This document shows, one piece after another, positions 7,153 to 14,396 of a stretch of DNA of 15,821 bases (position 1 is the first letter of the stretch; every line of letters begins with the position of its first letter). The DNA is from a virus (lineage: Duplodnaviria; Heunggongvirae; Uroviricota; Caudoviricetes): the IMG/VR virus record IMGVR_UViG_3300035698_027074; one strand, written 5' to 3'. The position numbers and the translations under genes were made by a program. The notes under the pieces are model-generated. The model was not told the origin of the DNA and searched no databases. It saw nothing but the letters and a program-made list of their open reading frames with translations.

Positions 7153-7683
7153 CTATCTCCCCCTAATTCCATATTTTTTAACTCTCAAATATACAAAAAG
7201 ACCAACTACAATAACTGGTATTAATATATATGTTATAAGTAATATTATTCCCCTTGTTTTCCGTGATTTTTCACATGCCTGATGAGTTTGATTCCAAAAT
7301 TCATTGTTACGTTCAACTTCACTTATTGGTAATGGGATTAATTTATAACGAATAAAATCATCCCACATCTCTGAAGGGAAGTTATAAGTACATCTTCCAT
7401 GTTCATCCTCTTCACCAATACTGGAAATCCTACAACTTTGTTCAACCACTTCACCAAACATCGTGAATTCAGTGTTAAATGATGTTCTGTTCTCAGTTAT
7501 ATTTATAATATTTGCAATAACCCTTACATCATGATAAATGGAAATATTAGTGATATTATCTACAGGGCAAGTTTCATTATAATAAACAATAATGGGTGGG
7601 ATATAGGTTGTTATATTCTCTTCCGCAAAGCCAACTCTACACATTAATAGAATAAATAAACTGATAATTATTATTTTTTTCAC
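7153..7683 (-). CDS. Type I membrane glycoprotein (signal peptide, N-glycosylation-rich ectodomain, C-terminal TM and basic tail)
   Basis: Likely GTG start at 7683 (GGTGA SD, GTGA overlap with the upstream stop). 7 N-x-S/T sequons and 4 ectodomain Cys; C-terminal IILLITYILIPVIVVGLFVYL-RVKK. Confidence 0.82.
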   Translation of the reverse strand: MKKIIIISLFILLMCRVGFAEENITTYIPPIIVYYNETCPVDNITNISIYHDVRVIANIINITENRTSFNTEFTMFGEVVEQSCRISSIGEEDEHGRCTYNFPSEMWDDFIRYKLIPLPISEVERNNEFWNQTHQACEKSRKTRGIILLITYILIPVIVVGLFVYLRVKKYGIRGR

Positions 7684-8117
7684 TCTTCTCTCACCCATCT
7701 TCCTAAATCAATTATGTCACAGTGTTCGCAAACTGCCCTGATAAATCCTTTTGACTCACCAATATTATCCCCACGTGAGTAAACAGTATAATTACCAACT
7801 TCTGATTCCTCTATAATCACCCTATCTGTATAATCAACTGGTAACTTTATTTTTTTGCCGTCTGGTGTCTCTATGTAAGTGTCCATACCTTCTATGTTTG
7901 TTCCATTTAACCAAAAGACTTCGAATGGTATTGTTGGAGAATTGACAGTTATAATATACCACTCAAATTTCTCATTTAATTCAACATTACCTGCATCTGC
8001 TCGTGAAGGTATAGACATATTTCCTATGAAATGAGTGATTACTTCCAATGTTCCTGATTTAGCTAACACTATACTAAACATCAAACTAAATATTAACAAC
8101 GGAATTATCTTTTTCAT
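7680..8117 (-). CDS. Secreted protein, paralog of 8120..8554, C-terminal CEHC
   Basis: Signal peptide; shares NGTNI, ETP, KK.LP, SE.GNYT and C.HC.I with its neighbour. Confidence 0.85.
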   Translation of the reverse strand: MKKIIPLLIFSLMFSIVLAKSGTLEVITHFIGNMSIPSRADAGNVELNEKFEWYIITVNSPTIPFEVFWLNGTNIEGMDTYIETPDGKKIKLPVDYTDRVIIEESEVGNYTVYSRGDNIGESKGFIRAVCEHCDIIDLGRWVREE

Positions 8118-8119
8118 TA

Positions 8120-8554
8120 TTACACCTGTGTTATGTTACAATGGTCACATTCTATTTTCAGCTGTGCATGAACAGTCCCGACCTGTTTTCCGATTTGCCA
8201 TATTGTATAATTCCCTGATTCTGATGTCGTGATGTTTGTTGTCTTATTGACCTCTAATGGTAATATTAATTTCTTAATTGGTGTCTCGACCCAAAAGACC
8301 ACATGTTCCTCGTCTATATTTGTTCCATTAAATAATGTTATATACAAAGGAACAGTTGAGTTCTTTACCCAAACATCGGCTACTTTTATTTCATTTTCTA
8401 TGAACTGATTGTGCAAATCTACAAATTCTGGAAAGACTATTTCACTTGAAAAGTTAGTTCTAACATCAATAATTCCAACAGTTTTACTGGTAACTATTGA
8501 AGTCAACAAAACCATTCCCATAATCATAGACATAATTACAGTCTCTTTTTTCAT
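8120..8554 (-). CDS. Secreted glycoprotein, paralog of 7680..8117, C-terminal CDHC
   Basis: Signal peptide; 7 N-x-S/T sequons; GAGGTGA SD. Confidence 0.85.
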   Translation of the reverse strand: MKKETVIMSMIMGMVLLTSIVTSKTVGIIDVRTNFSSEIVFPEFVDLHNQFIENEIKVADVWVKNSTVPLYITLFNGTNIDEEHVVFWVETPIKKLILPLEVNKTTNITTSESGNYTIWQIGKQVGTVHAQLKIECDHCNITQV

Positions 8555-8691
8555 TCTTTCACCTCATCTAACCATGATTCAAAGAGTTTTTTAATCTCTT
8601 CAACATTAACAGTAGTTACATCATTGTTTTTTGTAACTCTATATCTATTCTTCTCTTTTTTCTCAATTGCAAAATACCCTAATTTTTCCAT
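8551..8691 (-). CDS. 46-aa hypothetical protein (not in the ORF track)
   Basis: MEKLGYFAIEKKEKNRYRVTKNNDVTTVNVEEIKKLFESWLDEVKE*. Starts 2 nt after the upstream stop and ends in an ATGA overlap with the next gene. Confidence 0.65.
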   Translation of the reverse strand: MEKLGYFAIEKKEKNRYRVTKNNDVTTVNVEEIKKLFESWLDEVKE

Positions 8692-8693
8692 AT

Positions 8694-8903
8694 TTATTCC
8701 TCCATCTTTTCAAATGTTATTTTTATGAGAGGCATCTCAGACCGTGTAAGTTGAATACCCAACACCCTTTTTTTATGTTCCGTCCCCCATTCTTTTAGTT
8801 TTTTTGATTTTATTGGATTCATTGGGACTTCCCATACTTCGGTATCACCATCATTTCCTACAAATTCAAGTCTTCTTGACTTTACCTCGATTTTCTCCCC
8901 CAT
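8694..8903 (-). CDS. Hypothetical protein
   Basis: 69-aa ORF, GGGGTTAGAAG SD-like site, in operon. Confidence 0.7.
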   Translation of the reverse strand: MGEKIEVKSRRLEFVGNDGDTEVWEVPMNPIKSKKLKEWGTEHKKRVLGIQLTRSEMPLIKITFEKMEE

Positions 8904-9066
8904 CTTCTAACCCCTTTATCTTATCATAACTAGTAATTAAAAATTTCATACCAAATGCAACAAGTTCAGAATTTTTATTAATATTTTCAGATTTTTTAAT
9001 TTCTTCTATTTTCATTACTTCTTCCACAGTCCATTCTGCAGTTCCTTGAAACATAATTTTTACCAA
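8866..9066 (-). CDS. Probable ribbon-helix-helix (CopG-like) DNA-binding protein
   Basis: beta (IMFQGTAEW), helix (VEEVMKIEEIKKSE), helix (NKNSELVAFGMKFLI) pattern; TTG start with GGTGAG SD. Confidence 0.5.
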   Translation of the reverse strand: MVKIMFQGTAEWTVEEVMKIEEIKKSENINKNSELVAFGMKFLITSYDKIKGLEDGGENRGKVKKT

Positions 9067-9102
9067 TTACTCACCGTCTAATAAATTATATTAGATATTA
9101 TA

Positions 9103-9112
9103 TAATTAATTA
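9103..9112. promoter_or_regulatory. TAATTAATTA palindrome upstream of the putative RHH gene
   Basis: Exact palindrome (context TATATAATTAATTAG) 37-46 nt upstream of TTG 9066, overlapping the previous stop codon. Confidence 0.5.
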
Positions 9113-9372
9113 GAATAAGGAATATATAAAGGTTGGGGTGTTAATCCCAACTTTTTTTCATAGTATTTTTGCTTTCTTTTCCATTTCCTGAGAAGTTTCT
9201 GGTTTCTCTTAACGATTCTTTCTTTTTCTTTGATATGTTTCAAGACTTTTTGGTATCTCTCATTTACTATATCTCTCTTCGGTTTGAGATTCGGTTCATT
9301 TACTACCAGTAACTTCAGTATCCTTGATTTTTTCCTTTCCAATCTTCTCTGTTCGTCCCACATAAGGAACAT
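9106..9372 (-). CDS. Basic helical hypothetical protein
   Basis: 88 aa, K/R-rich, LRKWKRKQKYYEKK motif. Confidence 0.72.
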   Translation of the reverse strand: MFLMWDEQRRLERKKSRILKLLVVNEPNLKPKRDIVNERYQKVLKHIKEKERIVKRNQKLLRKWKRKQKYYEKKLGLTPQPLYIPYSN

Positions 9373-9469
9373 CTCATTTTTAGTTTGTCAGATTTAATTT
9401 GATTTCCCCATTTAAATATATGATAATCTCAGAAGTAGACAAAACCCAAATCATAATTAATGATATAGA

Positions 9470-9679
9470 TTAAACTTTCCCTTTCCACCAATGGTTAAGA
9501 ACTCTATAGTAATCCCAAGATAGTACATAAAGACAACATTTGCAATTGGCATTGTGTTTCTTGCAATTTTTATCTTTATTTATACAATCCCAGTCTCCTC
9601 TTTCTCCTATCCATTGTACTGTACCACAATTTGCACATGGTACTTTTATTTTACGTGACTCTTTCATTGTCATTGTCAT
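9470..9679 (-). CDS. Small Cys-rich (Zn-finger-like) protein
   Basis: CANCG...C....C...C.CC pattern in 69 aa. Confidence 0.62.
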   Translation of the reverse strand: MTMTMKESRKIKVPCANCGTVQWIGERGDWDCINKDKNCKKHNANCKCCLYVLSWDYYRVLNHWWKGKV

Positions 9680-9729
9680 TGGAGTATATCATCATTATCC
9701 CTCTTGTTAATATTTATTAATCATTATAT

Positions 9730-10296
9730 TTAAGTTTCTATAACTGGATGATATTGTTTGGATTTTAATCCAAATGTCCAAGCGACCGCCTCTTTACAAG
9801 TCTTTGATGTAGGTGGAACTCTTAATAAATAAATCCTATCTGTAGAAGAGTCCTTGACCTTAACTAATTTTAATGTTTCTTCTTTTTTATTCCAATTTAT
9901 TTCTATCAATTCAGATGTTCCATCCTTATGTATAACTTTACCTCTGACATCCCTGACAAAATATTCATAACCATATCCCATCAAAAGAAATCTTCTTATT
10001 TCTGCATTCTGACACTTTATTATATCCCTTCCAGTTAATGTTTTTTTTGTCAATTTATCAAAAAGTATATAATCACTAACTTCTTGGATTATTTCTTTTT
10101 CTTCAACTGGGCACAATCTTTGTTTTAAAAAAAATGTTTTTGGTGTATACTCATTCCTATTTTTTTTGTTTATCAAGAGTAAATTCCCACGTGGAGTAAG
10201 TAAAAGCCTTCCCCGTTTAAGCCACATACTCCCTCTTCTGAATTGTGTTGGAATATTAGTTTTATTTAATTGATTTACCATTTCTTTTAGGTTCAT
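9730..10296 (-). CDS. DUF6745-like protein
   Basis: IIKCQNAEIRR...GYGYEYF...VKVKDSST.RIYLLRVPP...TCKEAVAWTFGL...YHPVIET matches the characteristic NxExRR...ST...LRVPP...AVAWTF...YxPxxET signature (from recall). Confidence 0.8.
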   Translation of the reverse strand: MNLKEMVNQLNKTNIPTQFRRGSMWLKRGRLLLTPRGNLLLINKKNRNEYTPKTFFLKQRLCPVEEKEIIQEVSDYILFDKLTKKTLTGRDIIKCQNAEIRRFLLMGYGYEYFVRDVRGKVIHKDGTSELIEINWNKKEETLKLVKVKDSSTDRIYLLRVPPTSKTCKEAVAWTFGLKSKQYHPVIET

Positions 10297-10543
10297 TGGT
10301 TTCTACCCCCAATACTATCTCATCAAAAAACTGAAAGAGATAGTCGTAGGATTTCCAAGCTTCACATAAACCACATCCTTCCATATACTCTGAACATCTT
10401 TCTCCCCAGTGTTCCTTCATCCAAGATTCCATGTCATCTTTTAGTTGAATTTGTTTAACAATATTCTTGAATATTTCCAAATCTTCTTTTGATACTTTCT
10501 CCCACCATTTCACTGATTTAACTATCCTTTTACTCCTACACAT
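10262..10543 (-). CDS. Hypothetical protein with Cys cluster (WGERC...GCGLCEAW)
   Basis: 93-aa ORF overlapping both neighbours; start uncertain. Confidence 0.68.
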   Translation of the reverse strand: MCRSKRIVKSVKWWEKVSKEDLEIFKNIVKQIQLKDDMESWMKEHWGERCSEYMEGCGLCEAWKSYDYLFQFFDEIVLGVETNEPKRNGKSIK

Positions 10544-11057
10544 TTTCCCACCCCATCTCTTTTAGTGGGTCTACCTTCTTAAAATCCCAGTCCTCGTTCA
10601 TTACTTTTGTCCAGATGTCATCTGCTTTTTTGATTGTTTTCATATCTCCTTTATACATTGCCCAACCAACTCTGTTGAAATATCTTATCCATTTCAATGA
10701 CAATTCTGAATTTATTCCATCCAGGTCACTGTACCAGTAGTCTATGTCAAAAAACCCTGTTGCATCCAACTTAGTGTAGTCTTCCTCTGGTATTGTGAAA
10801 ACTCCAACTAACTCGTTTTCTTCTTTGTCTTCAGGTCTTATTGGAGTAAATGGTTTCCATATTCTCATTGATGGAAATCCACCTGTATTTCCACTACTTC
10901 TTCCTCCACCACTACCTAAATTTCCCAACACACTTGAAGTTTCTATTGGTGTTATTTCAGGTCTGTATTTCTTTCTCCATTTCTTTCCTCCCCAATTGTT
11001 GTAGGCTAATTCTACCAATTCCTTTACACTTACTTCTTTTATTTCCAATATTCTCAT
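10536..11057 (-). CDS. Hypothetical protein with Gly/Ser-rich insert
   Basis: 173 aa; GAGGTGA SD; GNLGSGGGRSSGNTGG linker. Confidence 0.8.
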   Translation of the reverse strand: MRILEIKEVSVKELVELAYNNWGGKKWRKKYRPEITPIETSSVLGNLGSGGGRSSGNTGGFPSMRIWKPFTPIRPEDKEENELVGVFTIPEEDYTKLDATGFFDIDYWYSDLDGINSELSLKWIRYFNRVGWAMYKGDMKTIKKADDIWTKVMNEDWDFKKVDPLKEMGWENV

Positions 11058-11061
11058 AAAT

Positions 11062-11349
11062 TCACCTCAATATTAAATCTAAATCAATAAATTTGTGGTC
11101 GTCTCCAATGATACCCTCATCATCCACAAGTTTATGGATAAATTCGTGTTCTAAGACCTCAACAAACATATATACAAACGACTCCTTCTCATATTTATGT
11201 TGTTTCCATATGACAGGTAACCAGATGTTTATCTCTTCAAAAAACTTCTCACCTGTTATTGATTTGTCATATTCATATCTTCCACCGACTGTGGTTTGGC
11301 ACTTTCTTTGAGTCGGATATTTCCATTTTGGTATTAAATTGATTTCCAT
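11062..11349 (-). CDS. Small protein with HExxH motif (minimal zincin-like)
   Basis: VLEHEFIH followed by a downstream His (DDH); GGTGGT SD. Confidence 0.6.
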   Translation of the reverse strand: MEINLIPKWKYPTQRKCQTTVGGRYEYDKSITGEKFFEEINIWLPVIWKQHKYEKESFVYMFVEVLEHEFIHKLVDDEGIIGDDHKFIDLDLILR

Positions 11350-11357
11350 ATTACCAC

Positions 11358-11684
11358 CTAATCAAATACCCCTCTTGGACCCCCCCATGTAAGTGGGAAA
11401 TATTCCATTTGTACAACTAACCTGAAAATACCAACAGGTAGGATTATTGTATTGTGTTCTTCATGGACTATCCTGGTTTTTCCATTAGACCTAATGATTA
11501 TTTCCCTAGTGTATCTACTACTGAATACATCAGAAAATCCTCTCAGAACTTCTCCATTTTCAACTCTGTGGCTATGCCCAGTAGCCTCTCCTCTTACTAA
11601 AACTTTATCAGGACTAACATTAAACCCTTTTGGGAATTTATTTATTTTAACAAATAATAAGTCTCCTTGTCTGTACATACTCAT
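11358..11684 (-). CDS. RQGD-motif small protein (usual neighbour of DUF6745 in viruses)
   Basis: MYRQGDLLF...LVRGEATGHSHRV...IVHEEHNTIILP.G.F...Q.EY signature; GGAGGT SD. Confidence 0.8.
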   Translation of the reverse strand: MSMYRQGDLLFVKINKFPKGFNVSPDKVLVRGEATGHSHRVENGEVLRGFSDVFSSRYTREIIIRSNGKTRIVHEEHNTIILPVGIFRLVVQMEYFPLTWGGPRGVFD

Positions 11685-11699
11685 TGAATCTACCTCCTA

Positions 11700-11722
11700 A
11701 GAACTCTATATATTAAAGTTCT
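11700..11722 (-). promoter_or_regulatory. TATA-like box flanked by a 6-bp inverted repeat (AGAACT-N11-AGTTCT)
   Basis: Minus strand reads AGAACT TTAATATATAG AGTTCT, starting 16 nt upstream of ATG 11684. Confidence 0.4.
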
Positions 11723-11756
11723 CTTTCACGGAATCAACCTGCCACATGCCCTTGCA

Positions 11757-11894
11757 ACAAGTCAACTACACATTACTGTGTATGACCGTATGTCTTGTAG
11801 ATTCTCATATCATATTTCACCCATAGCTCAATAAATAGAGCACTAACCCGCTAAGATTTATAGAATAATTGACATTTCCAATATTTAAATGTGA
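11757..11894. ncRNA. Possible structured RNA or decayed tRNA remnant
   Basis: No ORF. Hairpin GTCA-TACACA-GTAA-TGTGTA-(GT)-TGAC on the minus strand at 11761-11786. tRNA D-arm-like TAGCTCAATAAATAGAGCA on the plus strand at 11824-11842. Confidence 0.28.
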
Positions 11895-11903
11895 TATAAT
11901 TAA

Positions 11904-12785
11904 TCATTTTCGTTTTTTCTTCTTTTTCTTTGATTTACGTCTCTTTTTAGGTAACAACGCTAGAATTAGACAAATTACTAAAATGATTATGATTATTATC
12001 AAAATAATAATTAACCAACATGGGTCTAAACCCCAAAAATCCATACACCATCCATCCCAACCATCGTCATAGTCTCCTGTTATGAGGTCTTCTTGATGAA
12101 TATAACCCATCTCTTCACAGGTTGGTCTATCACCATTATCATAGTCTGGACAATCAGAATAACGGATATAACCAGAATCTCTACAGTCTGGGCATCCACC
12201 ATCACTAGGACAATCTCCTGGAAGAATATAACCTTCATCTTCACATCCAGCAGGAAGAATATATCCCTCAACAAGGCAATCTTCAGGTCTTATGAAACCA
12301 TAACCTTCACAGAAATCTTCAACTTCTCCCCTATCTACTGGTAAACCGTCAACAATACAATCATCTGGGTCAATAAATCCTAAGTCTCCACAAATGCCAG
12401 GACAGATTCCCAAACAAATGTCTTCACATTCAGATTCACTTACATAACCTAAAGAACTACAGTCTGCTGATGTGCAACCACCATCTGGACAATCTGATGG
12501 GTCTATATAACCATAGGAATCACACTCATAGGGATTTATAAAACCAAGACCTTCACAATACTCATAAGTGTCTGCACAAATTGAGATACAGGACTCATAA
12601 ATGGAATCACAGTTAACAAAACAAATATCTTGTTCAGCAGGGGGCAAACCAGAACACATACCATCATAACAGTTCCACTTATCTCCATAACAACTATAGA
12701 CACAACTGCCAAAATCAGAATACCCCACTGCATAAACAGAACTGACTAATATTAATAAGAACAATCCAAGAATAATTTTTTTCAT
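11904..12785 (-). CDS. Cys-rich, acidic repeat surface protein (signal peptide, 11-aa repeats, C-terminal TM, poly-Lys tail)
   Basis: 29 Cys; nine copies of C-x3-G-[YF]-[IV]-x3-[DEG]; N-terminal MKKIILGLFLLILVSSVYA; C-terminal DPCW-TM-PKKRRKSKKKKKKRK. Confidence 0.88.
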   Translation of the reverse strand: MKKIILGLFLLILVSSVYAVGYSDFGSCVYSCYGDKWNCYDGMCSGLPPAEQDICFVNCDSIYESCISICADTYEYCEGLGFINPYECDSYGYIDPSDCPDGGCTSADCSSLGYVSESECEDICLGICPGICGDLGFIDPDDCIVDGLPVDRGEVEDFCEGYGFIRPEDCLVEGYILPAGCEDEGYILPGDCPSDGGCPDCRDSGYIRYSDCPDYDNGDRPTCEEMGYIHQEDLITGDYDDGWDGWCMDFWGLDPCWLIIILIIIIIILVICLILALLPKKRRKSKKKKKKRK

Positions 12786-12815
12786 ATATAATTAATTAGT
12801 TCATATATATTTAAA
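12786..12815 (-). promoter_or_regulatory. Promoter with TTTAAATA and TAATTAATTA palindrome
   Basis: Minus strand reads TTTAAATATATATGAACTAATTAATTATAT-ATG; palindrome at 12789-12798. Confidence 0.62.
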
Positions 12816-12894
12816 TTTAATTCATTTTCTCGTCTTTTAGGATATTTTTTTCTTTTTATAATTATAAATTAAATATTAATAAAATGTGTTGCAT

Positions 12895-14385
12895 ATGAAT
12901 AATATAACAGAAATCAAGGAATCTATTGATGAAAGTCTTTCTAAAATGGACTCCCTTATAGAACACATTAAAGAAGAAAGAAATAGTATCAAAAAGGAAT
13001 TAGAAAGTAAGATAGAACAACTTTCCGTTGGTAAATTCAATAGGGAAGAGATTGATGGGTTTTTAAAAGAACCTTATGTTATAATACCAAAAAGAGAAAA
13101 TGAATTCTATGTCATTTCTCCAAAATGGGTTGATTTTCAGATAGGTTGGTTGGAAAGACAGACTAAAAGTTATAATATCTTCATAGTCAATCGTTATATG
13201 CAATGGATTGCACCAGTTCCAGATGTATTGAAGGAGAAATTAAAATTTCCGACTCCTTTACCATTGAAGATAATTGACGGTGTCATTCTTACTGGTAAAG
13301 AACACCAGGATGAAGCATGGGATAAATACAAGAAATTCTTGAGACGGAGAGAAGGTTCTGATAGAATTAAAATCAAACAGGGGTCCGAATTTAAATTGAT
13401 TGCACAGTTAATCCAAGATGGAATTCTTCCATTTATACCCAAACCAATTCAAAAAGAGGATTTATTGGATTGGGGTGGAATAAAACTTAGAAAATACCAA
13501 ACAGATGCATGGAATGAATTTGTTGATAAGGGTGCTTGTGGAATATATTGGGCTTTTGGTGCTGGAAAATCATTATTTGGTATCTATGCCCTAGCTAGAT
13601 TAAAAGGGAAGAAGGTTGTGATAATCCCAACGTTAACATTGAAAGAACAATGGATAGAAAGGATAAATAAATTTATTCCAGAAAAAAAACATGAAATAGA
13701 TGTCATGACATACCATTCTTATAATAAACTAAAAAACAGGGAGTTTGTCTTAACAATCTTTGATGAATGTCAACACCTTCCAGCAAATACATATATCAGG
13801 TTATCGACACTTAAAACAAAATATAGATTAGGTCTGTCTGGTTCACCATTTAGGGAAGATAAGAGGGAAAACTATATCTTTGCCTTGACTGGATTTCCAA
13901 TTGGAATGTCATGGGATGAACTGATAAAAATGAAAGTAGTCAAATTACCAACATTCAAACTTTATTTGTTAGCCAACAACCAAGATAAAATCAGGAAAAT
14001 CAAGGAATTAATGTTACTTCCATTGAAAACATTGATTTTTTGTGACAGTATAGAACTGGGACAAAGAATATCAAAAAAACTTGAAATACCATTTGTTTAT
14101 GGTGCAACTAAAGGAAGGATGGATATAATCAGACAGGCAGACACATGTGTTATTTCAAGGGTTGGGGCTGAAGGGATTTCATTACCAGAGATTGAAAGGG
14201 TCATAGAAGTAAGTTTCTTATTTGGTTCAAGGATGCAAGAAAGCCAAAGATTTGGTAGACTTATGCATTCCATAAAGGATGAACCAGAACATATCATTCT
14301 TATGACAGAAGAGGAATTGAAAAAATACGGTAAAAGATTGAATGCTATTTATGAAAGAGGGGGAAGACTAGAAATAATGAGATAA
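12895..14385 (+). CDS. XPB/Rad25-like superfamily 2 DNA helicase (ResIII/DExH) with N-terminal coiled coil
   Basis: Walker A AFGAGKS, Ia VIIPTLTLKEQW, Walker B IFDECQH, III LSGSP, V SRVGAEGISLP, VI QRFGR. ATG at 12895 (GTG 12886 is an alternative start). Confidence 0.9.
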   Translation: MNNITEIKESIDESLSKMDSLIEHIKEERNSIKKELESKIEQLSVGKFNREEIDGFLKEPYVIIPKRENEFYVISPKWVDFQIGWLERQTKSYNIFIVNRYMQWIAPVPDVLKEKLKFPTPLPLKIIDGVILTGKEHQDEAWDKYKKFLRRREGSDRIKIKQGSEFKLIAQLIQDGILPFIPKPIQKEDLLDWGGIKLRKYQTDAWNEFVDKGACGIYWAFGAGKSLFGIYALARLKGKKVVIIPTLTLKEQWIERINKFIPEKKHEIDVMTYHSYNKLKNREFVLTIFDECQHLPANTYIRLSTLKTKYRLGLSGSPFREDKRENYIFALTGFPIGMSWDELIKMKVVKLPTFKLYLLANNQDKIRKIKELMLLPLKTLIFCDSIELGQRISKKLEIPFVYGATKGRMDIIRQADTCVISRVGAEGISLPEIERVIEVSFLFGSRMQESQRFGRLMHSIKDEPEHIILMTEEELKKYGKRLNAIYERGGRLEIMR

Positions 14386-14396
14386 GTCATTAAAAA

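Noticed and set aside
7680-8554. CEHC/CDHC as c-type heme-binding or thioredoxin sites
   Set aside because: Heme attachment needs CxxCH, which is absent. The motif is at the extreme C-terminus of a beta-rich sequence, not at the start of a thioredoxin helix.
8035-11700. Plus-strand ORFs 8035..8232, 8409..8594, 10795..11004, 10850..11059, 11093..11311, 11452..11700
   Set aside because: Antisense to genes with recognisable motifs and Shine-Dalgarno sites.
11727-11760. T-arm-like GGCAGGTTGATTCC on the minus strand
   Set aside because: Lacks the C of TTCG, the stem is imperfect, and it is on the opposite strand from the D-arm-like motif.
11817-11894. Intact tRNA gene
   Set aside because: Only the D-arm is convincing. 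The anticodon stem pairs at 2 of 5 positions, there is no GTTCRA T-loop, and the acceptor stem is at best 4 bp.
11869-14297. ORFs 11869..12072, 12080..12274, 12093..12344, 12536..12733, 13194..13442, 14097..14297
   Set aside because: Alternate-frame or antisense shadows of the Cys-rich gene and the helicase.
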